41,356 bases of DNA from Hyphochytrium catenoides. Its lineage: Eukaryota; Protista; Hyphochytriomycota. A program made the translations under genes and the position numbers. The stretch is taken from the NCBI GenBank assembly GCA_900088475.1, contig FLMG01000900.1, positions 1 to 41,356 on the forward strand, given 5' to 3'. Under the pieces are notes generated by a model. The model was not told where the DNA came from. It saw only the letters and a list, made by a program, of their open reading frames with translations, and did not search any database. Every line of letters begins with the position of its first letter. The stretch's first letter is position 1. Below are positions 12,181 to 26,336 of this stretch, piece by piece.

Positions 12181-13111
12181 GGGTGAGGGGGTGACGCTGT
12201 CAGCTTGACGGCTCTATCCTTTGAGAATGAAAAAAGGCCAAGGCTCACCAGTGAGAAACTGCCTATAATTGGGAGTGGCAGCGAACCGCAAAAAGATTTC
12301 CAGCGAGAAGACTACGACGCAAATGTTCTGAATAGCCAAGGAGAGAGAGGAGACAAGAGGAGCGCGCGAGCAAGCATAGAGAGAGGGAGAGGATCGGAAG
12401 GGTGGAGAAGGGGAAGAGAGTGTAAGAGAGAGTTGAAACATAATAAAGAAAGAAGGCTAATGGAGGCCCAAGAGTGGGGAGAGAGAGAGAGAACGAAGGA
12501 GAACGTACGATGGAGAGAGACACGAAGAAGACAACAGAAATAGAGACATGTTGTCAACGGAGAGGAGAGAGGCAGATGGTGGGGTTGACCTCGATCCATG
12601 CGAAGCACAGAGCGGTAGTTGGATTCGCTTGAATGCTCTGGACAGTCTCCAAGATGAGCTTCATCGTGCTGATGAAGATACAGATAATGATAGAGAGAGA
12701 CGCCAGGTACGACTGGCCACCAAGAGGGAGAGACAGAGGGGAGGAGTGCGTCCGAGAGGACGGGGGAAGTGAGAGGAAGGAGAGAATACGAAGAGGGAAA
12801 AGGGAGAGAGAGAGACGAAGAGAGCAAGGAAGAGAGAGAGAGAGAGAGAGAGGGAGAGAAGGAGACGGGATAGGAATGCAAAGGACATAGGCGCAACTCT
12901 GACGGAGCATATGTCGTAGCGAAAAGAAACAGGGGACGCCACGGAGGAGATTGACGGAAAGACAGAGAGAAAAATACAGAGAGAGAAAGAGAGAGGAGAG
13001 CAACAGTGAAAGGTAGTGGGACATAGCGCTATCGGCCGAGGGACGAAGTCTCAAGCTGAAGTTGTTAGCTAGCAAAAGAAGAACAAAAAGAGCCCCACAG
13101 AGGAAAGACAA

Positions 13112-13159
<48 letters not shown>

Positions 13160-13874
13160 CCAAGATCAAAACCTTTATGGATGACGTCGGATCCTCGAAG
13201 AAGTCCCAAATGGCAGCTCTCAGCGGGACTTCAATGACTGTTCTCTGAGTGCTGCGCCGCTGCTTGAGGCGACTCATATTCATGTCCCGAGTGACGCTCT
13301 GACGCCGACCGCGACCTCCACACAGAGAGGGAGAGAGAGTTGCGGTGGGGCGAGAGAGGGAGAGAGAAAGTGAGAGAAAGAGAGAAAGAGACAGAGAGAG
13401 AGAGAGAAAGAGAAAGGGGGTAAGAGAAGAGACAATGATGAGGAGAGAAGCGTTAAAGAAGAAGACAGACAAAGGCAAGGCGGCGGAGGAAGGAGCGAAG
13501 TAGCATAGGAGCAATCGAAAGGACATTCCACCAAAGGAAGAGCAGAGAAAGGAGAAGGAAAAGAGTAGCGAGTAAGTCAAGAAGAGATATTAGAAAAAGG
13601 AGAGATGGAGACAGAGAGGAAGAGACGGGGGAAGAGAGAGAGAGAAGAAGAAGACACCATGAAGACATTGGAAAGTGTCTGCCCTTCACGTGTATATCCG
13701 ACTGCTCTTTACAGAAGAAGGCGCTAGTAGACACAAGAAGAGGACGAGTGAGTCCTTACGAGGCGTGGACTTGGCGCTGCCACGACCAGTCTTCCCATTG
13801 CTTGACAGCGTCTCTTTGGGAGAACCTCCTTCAGTAGAGGTTGGAGCCGAATCGGGGTTCTCAGCAGGACCCAT
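8222..13874 (-). CDS. Voltage-gated potassium channel A (6TM Shaker-like core, no T1 domain)
   Basis: 13 exons: 13874-13760, 13315-13173 (first junction uncertain, GAG acceptor), 12712-12590, 12327-12249, 12116-12052, 11335-11228, 10683-10624, 10388-10234, 9973-9825, 9523-9475, 9334-9274, 8960-8865, 8371-8222. Motifs: IWDFFEDPTSS, S3 NILDFIAILPFY, S4 RAVRLTRVTRVFKVSRY, pore WWAIVTMCTVGYGD, S6 GMILLALPIGIVGINF. Confidence 0.92.
8496..8550. repeat. (TATC)n/(GATA)n tetranucleotide microsatellite embedded in a CT tract
   Basis: About a dozen TATC units in the last intron of channel A. Confidence 0.95.
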
Positions 13875-13909
13875 TGGCGGATAGCGTCGAGAAAAGGGCT
13901 TGAAGAGGG

Positions 13910-13951
<42 letters not shown>

Positions 13952-15264
13952 GAGAGAGAGAAGGAGAAAGAGAGAGAGAGAGAGAGGAAGGAAAGGAAAT
14001 CAGGAGAGAAGGATATCAGAGGCGGAAAGGAGAAGATGGCAATAATAGGGAAGAGTAAGAGAGGGCTTTCTTCTCTCTTTTGATTCGCAGTTGGTCTTTA
14101 TAGGAGGATACGGGGTGATCACGGAGTAGGCGAGGCCAGGCAGCGTGAGAAGAGCCAGCAGATACCTTTAGATGTGTGTGTGTGAGAGAGAGAGGAGACG
14201 ATAGAAATGCACGGCTGGAGGATTCTCTGGCGGGACGAGTGTAGAGCCTCCAGATACCTATATATTCCGTAAAAAGTAAGAGCTTGTGACACCAACAGCC
14301 TCACAGTGAGCGAAAGAAAAGGAAGGGAGAAAGAGAGTAGTCAAACAGAGAAGAGATAAAGAGAGGGCGATGTCGAAAGNNNNNNNNNNNNNNNNNNNNN
14401 NNNNNNNNNNNNNNNNNNNNNNNNNNNNNNNNNNNNNNNNNNNNNNNNNNNNNNNNNNNNNNNNNNNNNNNNNNNNTACATGATCAGCGCCGCTAACGGC
14501 TTGTTGAAGGGACCCATCCCTGACCTCCCCTCCGAGTCTGTTGGGTTTTATGCTGGGATTGAAACCAACCTTCCCGTCTTTCTCTCCTCTCTCTCTCTCT
14601 CTCTTCTACATACTGCTATTTCCCTTGCTCTTTGTCTCTCTCTCTCTCCTTAGTCTCCTCTCTCCTGCATCGTCTCTCTCTCTCTCTACGTTTCTCTTTC
14701 CCTCAGTCGCTAGTTACCTTCTCCCTCGCTCTTTCCTCCTCGTCCTCGACGCGCGCTCTTTCTCTGCCCTCGTCCCTTTTTTTCCCTCCTTTCTTAATCT
14801 CTTCCAAACGATCCGCGCCTTACCTGTCTCCCTTGCGCTTCTAAGATTCTCCCTCCTCTGTCTCTCCCCCCCTTGCTCATTGTCTTCATTCACTCTCCTA
14901 AGTCTCTCCTTCTTGACTCTTTCCTCTCCACAATTGGGGGTCGGGTTAGTCGTCTCTGTGGGCTTGTGTGTCCATTCTTCCCTCTTCTCCAGCAACGGCG
15001 GCGGTCCCCCTCTTTCCCTCTCTCTCCCCTTCTCTCCCCTCTCTCTTTCTCTCTCACTCTCTGTTTTGGCTACCCAGTGCCATCTCTCTTGGGTTGCTCA
15101 CCAGCTCCATCAGCTGCTAAAAGTTGAGTCTCTAAATCTTGGCCCTTCCCTCGATTCTCCGTCGGAATCACCAATAAAGTGGGCTTTCTGTTGCTCCTTC
15201 TTCTATATCCTCTTCTCTCTCTCTCTCTCTCTCCTTCTTTCTCCTCTCTCTCTCTCTCTTCTCG

Positions 15265-15298
<34 letters not shown>

Positions 15299-15371
15299 CC
15301 ACCCTCCGCACCTCTCTGTCATGACCTGCTAGCCCCAAGAGAGAGAGCTTTCTTCTTCCTATAAAGCAAGC

Positions 15372-17282
15372 ATGACCCGTCAGCGGAGCGGCATCGGCCT
15401 CATGGACAAAGCTTACTTTATAGGCAAGCAGGAGCTGTTGGAGTGGCTCAACACGCTGCTCAGTCTTAACATTCGCGCGCTGGAGGAGCTCGCTTCGGGC
15501 GCCGTCGTCTGCCAAGTGTTTGACGCCATGTATGGAGCGCAGCTACCAATGCAGAAGGTCTGTCAAACAGTCTCTCGGCACTTCCTGTGCTCTGGCCGCT
15601 CTCGTTCATGCCTTCTCTCTCCCTGTTCTTACTCTTCACGGTCTCTCTCTTCTCCCTCTTTCTCGTTATCTCCAGTTGTCTTCTGTCTCCATTGGACCGA
15701 GACCTCTTCTTCCCGTCTGCACCTACTCGTCCCTCTCCTATGTGGACTCAATGGGCCATATTGGAGATGGAAGAGTCAGATCTCCCTGCTCGGTCCCTCC
15801 TCATCCTCCCTCATCACCTGCTCATTCTGTCGTCTCTCTCTCTCTCTCTTTCTCTCTGTCGCCCGGACCAGGTAAACTTTGAGGCTCGGACAGAGTATGA
15901 GATGCTGTCAAATTACCGGGTCCTGCAGAACTTCTTAGTGAAGGTAGGAGTCAGCAAAGAGCTGGACGTCAATCGGCTCATCAAAGGCAAGGATAAGGAC
16001 AAGCTGGAGTTTCTGCAGTGGCTCAAAGCCTTCTATGCACAGACCGCGAGGTGTGTGCTTGTCCTTGGCCTCTCTTTCTTTCTCTCTCTCTTCTCCCTTC
16101 CCTCTCTCTCTCTCCTTCCATGCTTGTCCTCCTTCGCCTGCACTTGAGCACTTATAGCCAATCTTTTCTTGCCTCTTTACACAGTCATCATGTCCTCTCC
16201 GCTCCTAAGACCATCTCATCTCTGCTTGACGCCAGTAGAAGCTTGCGAGTAATTCCTCTCAGCAACGTGACGCGCTTTAACTCTTTTCTCTCTTTCGCTT
16301 TTGCTCTCTCTATGTGGTGGTGTGCGCCAGTTCTGCCAGTCAGAGCTCCTATGACCCCATCGCCCGCCGGGCACTGGCGAAAGGCGGCAATCAAGTCAGC
16401 CATCAGCAGTCTCACAGCCAACAAACAGCTCCAATCACTGCTCGGACTGTAGAGCGACAGGCGGACAAACGGTCTGTGGCCCCGCCCACCGCTAGGAAGA
16501 TGGAGACGCAGGTACCCAGTGCCAGTACTGATGCCGAGCTATTACTGGGCTCCCAGTGGGCTCCGGAAAGGGAGGATGAGGTGCACCACGACGCTCCAGC
16601 ACCGCAGGTTAAGAGGCCGGCATCTCTTCACATCCTGAGTCCGTCGGTCCCGCGCCACCGAGGACTGGGTCCTATAACCATCCCTAGCTCCTTTGACTCT
16701 TCCCCTCCTCGGCCGGCCGAGTCTATCGCTAACACTGAGGCAAGCACGGTGGCCGCGTCAGACTCAAGGCTTGAAGTGGACGCGCTGGACGGATTATTAG
16801 GAGGCATCACACGAGGCAACTCTGCTCCCGACAAATTATCTCCACAAGAACAGCCGAAAGCCATGCCATTGGTCAGAGCTGTGAACTCTGTGAAGCCTGT
16901 GCCGCCGTCAGTTCGAAAGACTCTGGCGCTGAAGCCGGTTGGAGGAGGAGGAAGGGGTGGGACACAGGCCGGGCATCCTAATCAAGAGACAGCGCGAGAG
17001 GACGGGTTACAGACAGCGCTGCAGGACCTGGCGCGGCAGGAGGAGGTGCTGAGACGTGAGCTTGCAGCTATTGACGAGCAGCTGGCAATGGTCCGCATCA
17101 GACGAACCCAGCCTCTCATGTCCTCCTACGGAGTCAAGAACAAGTCAGCGGCACTGACCCCTGAGTCGTACACGGTTAACGGGACGTCAGAGCTGCCCCA
17201 GAGTTTGAGACCCAGCAGCGGCTACGGGGCGTATAGTGCGCTGGCGCAGTCGGGTCATCGGATACTTGGAATGGGTCTTTAG
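15372..17282 (+). CDS. EB1/MAPRE-family calponin-homology protein, divergent, ~438 aa
   Basis: Exons 15372-15557, 15872-16050 and 16331-17282 are in phase. IGLMDKAYFIGKQELLEWLN...LASGAVVCQVFD...KVNFEARTEYEMLSNYRVLQ...LEFLQWLK...YDPIARR is the EB1 CH-domain signature. It is followed by a long Pro/Ser-rich linker and a short coiled coil (LQDLARQEEVLRRELAAIDEQL). Confidence 0.85.
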
Positions 17283-17449
17283 AGGATGGCTGAAGGGCAG
17301 CTGTCTAGGACACTTATCTCGTCTTTACTTTCTCTCTCTCTCTCTCTGTTTTCTCTCTCTGTCTCTCTGCCTCTCTCCTCTCTCTCTCCAGGTGCTTTCG
17401 CTCCCTCTCCTCCTCCCTCTATCGTTCTTTTAACTTTCTTCCCTTCTCT

Positions 17450-18103
17450 CTATTCTTTCTTTTTCTTGCTCCCTTGGTCGGCTTGACTGCTTGAGGCCTC
17501 TTTCGAAGTCTCTACTGGTTTCTTTGCGACGATTGTGTCGCGCCACTTGATGGGCTTGCGGTTAAACCACGGCCAGTCAGGTCCCACAGCCTGCAACACG
17601 TCAGTCAAACGGGATGTTAGGTTCTTGTCCCTCTTGTCTCTCCATACCTTTCTCTTTCTCTCTCTCTCTCTCTCTCTCGCTATCTCTCTTCTCTCTCTCT
17701 TCTTGGACTCCATCCTGTCACCTTCAACCCGGCAGATCTCTCTTTCCACTCAGGAACCGTGGGGAAGCATCACTTACAATCATAGCCACAACTACTCCGG
17801 CTCCCCAACCGTAGAAGCTGAGCCTGAAGTCTTCATAGAAGTAGCCCACGAGCCATGCCACGACCTGCCATAGAGACAAGTAAAGAGCAGTGCAAGCATA
17901 GTCTTTAGTCTTCAGTCTTTCTGACGCCTCTACTCTTCGAGGTTATCGGTAAACGAAGTCAGCAAGGGGACATCACACTCTGAAGCTCAGATACTGAGAG
18001 TAGAGAGGCGACTGGATAGTTGCGTAGCAATATTTACCGAGAAGGCTATAATAATGTACTGACACAGCGCTTCCGCCAGCTCTTGGCCAGCAAAGTCTAC
18101 CAT
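17450..18103 (-). CDS. SPCS1: Signal peptidase complex subunit 1 (SPC12), 97 aa
   Basis: Exons 18103-18038, 17864-17778 and 17590-17450, all phase 0. Translation MVDFAGQELAEALCQYIIIAFSVVAWLVGYFYEDFRLSFYGWGAGVVVAMIAVGPDWPWFNRKPIKW...KKKKE shows the DFxGQxLAE and PxWPxFxRxPxxW motifs, two TM segments and a dilysine-type C-terminus. The ORF track shows only the last exon. Confidence 0.92.
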
Positions 18104-18774
18104 CGCTTCAGTCTCTGGCCTTCTGTTGGGCAAGGAATCCTCTCGAGAGCTAGCGCCTGACAGACCCTAAACGGAGCTTCTCTAAAGTAGATCAACTGCG
18201 CACCAGCAGCGGAACTCTCTGAGGGGCTGAACGTGTGCCTCTGGGCTGAAGACTGGACGGCTGCGTGCAGCTGGCTTGCCTGCTTGTATGATGTAAAAGC
18301 TTAGCTAGGGAAAAAAAGGCAAGCAATTGGGGAGGAATCTGCTTGATGCGCTCCCTCGCTCTCTTTCTGTCTCTATCTGTTTTTCTGTCTCTCTTCTCTC
18401 TCTTTCTTGTCTCTCTCTCTCTCTCTCTCTCTCTCAACGAAGCTGCAGATTTCAAGCTCCAGATAAAGGCCCAAATGCCGCTAACGGCCATATTGCGATA
18501 TGATGGAGGACCGCAGTTATCCTGAATCATGTAGCAATTTGGATGCTTTATTCCAATTGCACATATCAACCATTCAGAATGTGTTGACCTCTGATCCTCT
18601 GATCCACCTACTTTTTGCGGCTGGGGCCACACAAAGAGAGAAGCAATGAAAGAGAGAGTGAGAGAGAGTTGAGAGACAGACAGAGAGAGAGCACGAGAGA
18701 AAGAGAGAAAGAGAGACAGACAGAGAGAGACTGACAGACAGACAGAGAGAGAGAGAGAGATGGGGAGAGAGAGA

Positions 18775-18826
18775 GAGAGAGTTAAGATCGAGAGGGACAG
18801 TGAGAGAGAGTTAAGATCGAGAGGGA
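18775..18826. repeat. Two-copy tandem duplication (29-bp period) of GTTAAGATCGAGAGGGA
   Basis: Copies at 18781-18797 and 18810-18826, in the SPCS1/U2AF2 divergent intergenic region. Confidence 0.85.
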
Positions 18827-19070
18827 GAGAGAGAGAGAGGAGCTGAATGAAGTGAGAGAAAGAGCGAGAGAGAGAGAGAGAGGAGGGAGTGACCGAAAGG
18901 GATACTAGGATGGAAGATGGCAATCGCTCTTGGATTTTGAAGCTTCAAGCTCGCTCGGAAGCTCAAGCAAGTGTCCTGACTGATCATCTTCTGAGCCTTC
19001 GTCTCACTGTGAGAAGACCGCCGGATCATCGGGAAGACAACTTTGAGCAGCTCCAAAGCAACGCAGAGAC

Positions 19071-22201
<3,131 letters not shown>

Positions 22202-22457
22202 AAGGACTAGTGCAGGACAGGCGAACGACGTTAGGAGAAAGTGATACATCCTTCGAGCCGGCTAGCTCGTCAGTGCGAGGGACGGGCCAAAGCAAGCTGC
22301 TTTATTTTTGGGGGTAGGAATGTCACCAACGGGAAGTAGTCAGTGACTGAGAGAGCAACAACACTTAGTGCGGGCGAGTGCGAGAAAGAACGTTGAGGAA
22401 GGCGTTGGTGGGAGCGGACTCTCTCTTGTGGCGAGGAGGGTTAGGATCCTTTTTTAT

Positions 22458-25250
22458 TCAGTCTGATTGTAAGTTTGATAGCTGGTCCTCAAGCCTTTCT
22501 AACCGCTCCCTCAGCCTCTCATACAGCGGAGCGTACTCCGTCCTCGGCATCACTTCCGCGCCTACTTCTCCGCGCATGACTCTCACNNNNNNNNNNNNNN
22601 NNNNNNNNNNNNNNNNNNNNNNNNNNNNNNNNNNNNNNNNNTGTCAGCGTTGTTCGCCTGAACTACAGGCGCCTGGAAGACATCCGCGATAACCTAGAGG
22701 GACCGAAGTAAAGGCCCTCAGCTCCTAGCTACCCTTCGCCCTCTTAGGCTTCTTTAACCCAACTCTAGCTCGCTGTGTCCTGAGCTCGATGTGAGGTGAT
22801 GCTCCTCTTATTCGCCTACCTGTACTATCTCCTTATTCCTTGATCCACCGCCGGCAACAAAGATTTTAGTCACCTTCTCCACGCCCATCCTTGACAATGG
22901 TGAATGACGGTTAGTCGCCTAAGCTATAGACGTTCTATGGGCATCATAGAGCAGTGTATACCTGCGGCTGTGCGTCACCATCGAAAGGAACCTGCCCTCT
23001 ACCGCCAGTCTGACCAGCACCTAATACAGAAAGTTCTAGGGTCAGAATGCTGGGGTCGGATCTCTTCCAAATCGCTCTGACTTCGGTTACCTCTGGAGAG
23101 AGTTCGTCCTCTACTAGCGGCTGGTCCTGCGGGCCACGGATGAAGGAGCCTGTTACCTTGATGGGCGGCACGATCTCAGGCTAGAGAGAGCAAACGGGAG
23201 GGAGAGACATGAGTCTAGCTTCATAGTAAGCCTTATCCTCATCCGTACCAGCTCGAGAAGTAGACCTAGTATCCCTTCGTTTCCTGGAGCCGATTCCCTC
23301 AGAAGCTCCTCAAAAGTGTCCCAGCTGCCTCCCGCCACTCTGTCTCGAAGGTGCTCCCTAACCATGGAGCCATTCTTGTAACACAGCAGCGTCAGGAATT
23401 CTCCTACTCAGAGGGACTAAGTCAGCTCACTAGGGAAGGATAGGAGAGAAAAAAAAGAGGGAAGCACTGACCCTCAAGTGTAGGGCTGACAAAGATATGT
23501 CCTTCGACGCCTGGGTGAGGCTGCCTGGTGATCCCCATCACCTGCAAAGGCAAGAGTTAGCTGCTCTTCCTCTGCTACGTCCACTACCAGTTTGAGGGTC
23601 GCTGCCTCTCAGCACAGTGGAGTGTTGTGCCAAGAGAAACTTTTCTTTGGACCTCATTACCGTGTCACTTGTCCCGAGGCTTATGGCAAGCTGGCCCTCA
23701 GCCAAACCAAGCCCTGTCAAGCCAGAAATTTGAAGAGGAAGAGGCGAAGGTCACGCTTATATAGACAGGAGGCGCGGGGAGGCGTCACATGACAAGGGCT
23801 CACCAGCTGCTGTGTTATTATTATCTCCTGAGAAAGTGATCACCTGACAGTCTGGTGAGAACCCGAAGCGCTCCTGATAGTACCGCGCGATCGGACCCAG
23901 AGCATGCCAGGAGGGAACAGGCGGTCCGAGCTTGTCACGGAGCCTTTCAGCTGTCATTCTTAAGAGCTGCTCGTCCCTGAGGACCAATGTTTGAGGTTCT
24001 CGTGGGCTTACGGAGGAAGCTAAAATGGAGTCCACGCACCACTCGCCCGCCCAGATATCCAGCAGGTTCATACCACTTCCGTCCGAGAGATCGATGGGGG
24101 CAAAGTGTCCGACGAAGAGAGAGGCGAAGAATGAGCTGATCTGGGTAAGGGAGGACCAAGAGAGAAGCGAAGGTCAGACCTAGAAAGTCATAGACTAGTT
24201 GAACTACCAGTTTCACCAAGGATATCCTGGCTGTGTCCTCATAGATCTGGGGCCTCTGCGCTGCGATCTTTGCAATCTGATTTCCAGTGAACCGCTCGTG
24301 AGCCCTGCAACACGCTTCAGCCTCTCAGCGCGGTGCGTCCCAAGCGCATAGGACTAGGGGAGTCTGACCTGGACCCTGAGATGGCGGCTAGCCGCTCCGG
24401 CCCGCCCACAGCTTCCTCCCTCCTCTTACAGAAGGCACTGGTGCTGGAGTCCAGCCACAGTGGGCTGTCAGGCAAAGAGAAGGCGCCATCTAGCAAACTG
24501 CTTAGTGAGACAGCTGGAGATTCTGCCTCTTCTCGGTCCGTTGATAGCTCGCGCAGCCTCTGTAGCTGTCGCTCGCTCCCCTTTCTCCAGTAGACACTCC
24601 CATGCTGCTGCGCGCTGCCTGAGACACACACGACTTGCGAGAACGAAAACCCTTCTGACGCCATCCTCTGCAGCAGAAGGTCCAGCGCCTCAACGAACTG
24701 GAATAAGAGAAAGACGGACATTGAGAGCAGGACGCAGAGGGTGGTAGGAGATGACCATTTGAAGCAGGGAACAGAGAGCAGAGTAGAGGTTAAGGACCAC
24801 CTGCCCAAAGCCGGAAGAAACGAATAGAGGAGAAGAAAGAGAGAGAAAGAAAGAGCAGTAATATCCTGGCCTGAAGCGTCTGGAGGGTCCGGACACATCA
24901 CCTTACCATCAAGACAGGAGCCGTCACCTCGCCTCCTGTAAAAAGGAGTTTGGGCCACAGTGAGAAAGACAGAAACGAGCAGTCGGTTAAGCGTAAAAGA
25001 GAAACGACTACCGTGGATATGGGAGAAAGTTAGCAAGGGCCTCACCTCCATGGTCATGGAAGCCGTTCGGTGCGTTATACTGGGGAAGATCATGCCCGAA
25101 GTTGACGGCAGCAGTGTAGATCACAGCTTCCACCCCTGAGCCCGTCCGATACTGCGGATCATCTGCGTGGAGCTGCACAGCACAGGCCTTAAGGCCCTGG
25201 GTACTCAGGTCTATCCCCAAAGACAGACGCATACCACTTTCCGTGACCAT
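22458..25250 (-). CDS. XYLB: Xylulose kinase (FGGY family, eukaryotic type)
   Basis: Multi-exon gene including a 29-nt exon at 24935-24907, with an N-gap at 22587-22641 near the 3' end. Motifs: LGIDLSTQGLKA, EVTAPVLMFVEALDLLL, VSGSAQQHGSVYW, SPLWLDSST, SGSRAHERFTGNQIAK, DGSGMNLLDI, FSGDNN, ISLGTSDT, LCYKNGS, GGGSRNKEIVQVIADVF. An upstream in-frame ATG at 25361 is an alternative start. Confidence 0.93.
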
Positions 25251-26336
25251 CGCCAGCACTATTGTTCTGCTGAACGGAGGATACGCAGAGACTTCACTAG
25301 CAGCATTGAGGGGGCCGAGCGTTGGGCTCCCCTTGGCGAGGTGACCGACCAGCAGCAGCATCTCCCGGACGGGCGGCAGGGATTGCCGGAAAGCTCCTAA
25401 AGGCTCGTCTTGGCCGGCAAGGTCCCGCCTTCAAGCAGCTTCTGTGATGAGTGATGAGCTCTCTGATGAGTTGAAAGAAGAAACGAAGATCGCCGCTGCC
25501 GATCGGAGTCGCTCAGCTACCAAGGAGGACAGTTTCTGCTAGTCTGTGATAACTAAAGAGCCGCGAGATGTGATCTTTGCTGGGATCTGGTGCAATGGTA
25601 TCCTGTCCAGTAGTCCTCCACGAGTCTCGCACCGTATAGATGGGATCCAATGACGGGAGATGCATGAGGCTCTCTTATTGGCTGCTCGTCGCCATGCTCG
25701 GCACTGATTGGCTGGGAGGGAGCAGGTCTCACTTTTGATGTGGTACAAGTACTAACGACCTTCCCTTCAATCAGAATAACGCAAGGGTTATCCGCAATAG
25801 TTAAGTCCAACTGCTCATTATGTGTGGATATATCTTGTGCTGGTTCTTGATGATGACAGTCCATCATGTCCATAGTCCATACAGTCATGGGTCATGGGTT
25901 AGAGACTCTAAGAGTAACGTTTAGTCCGCCGTACAGTGTAGTTCTCCCGTGTATGCCTTTGTTTCACTAGCCATCATCTCAGCTTGCATCCACCGCCAGC
26001 CCGCCCGCCTGCCATGACAGGGTAGGTAGCCATCTCTCTCTCTCTCCCTCGCGCTTGCTCTCTCTCTTTCGATAACGTTCCCGCACTCTCTCCTCTTCTC
26101 ACACACGCGTCTCCTCTCTCCCCCTCGCTCTTGCGCTCGCTCTCTGTCTCATCATCCCGCTCTCTTTCTCTCTCCCTCTCTTCCACTGTCCTAGCGCTTA
26201 GCGCCTTTCCCATTGCCGGATTAGCAGTGACAGTCATCGACACTTCTTCATTGTAACTCTCTCTACGCCGTCAGCACCACTGCTTGGCGCCACTTCCATT
26301 TGTCACATAGAAAGTAGCATCAGCTGGGTCGCTACC

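Larger units (their letters stand above)
1..18890. repeat. Pervasive imperfect (CT)n/(GA)n microsatellite filling introns and intergenic DNA
   Basis: Directly visible. Near-pure runs include 3258-3314, 6334-6378, 7201-7239, 8566-8618, 12131-12177 and 13115-13154. Several N-gaps fall inside these tracts. Confidence 0.98.

Noticed and set aside
17280-17486. Possible TAG read-through extending the EB1-like ORF in frame
   Set aside because: The extension is mostly CT-repeat translation, contains no EBH motif and overlaps the SPCS1 3' end.
296-18923. Dozens of long poly-(LS) and poly-(RE) ORFs in the six-frame track
   Set aside because: They are translations of (CT)n/(GA)n microsatellite, which lacks stop codons; the real exons are the short complex islands inside them.
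25441-25470. TGATGA/CTGA cluster resembling C/D snoRNA boxes
   Set aside because: The spacing is too short, and I saw no terminal stem or rRNA-complementary guide.
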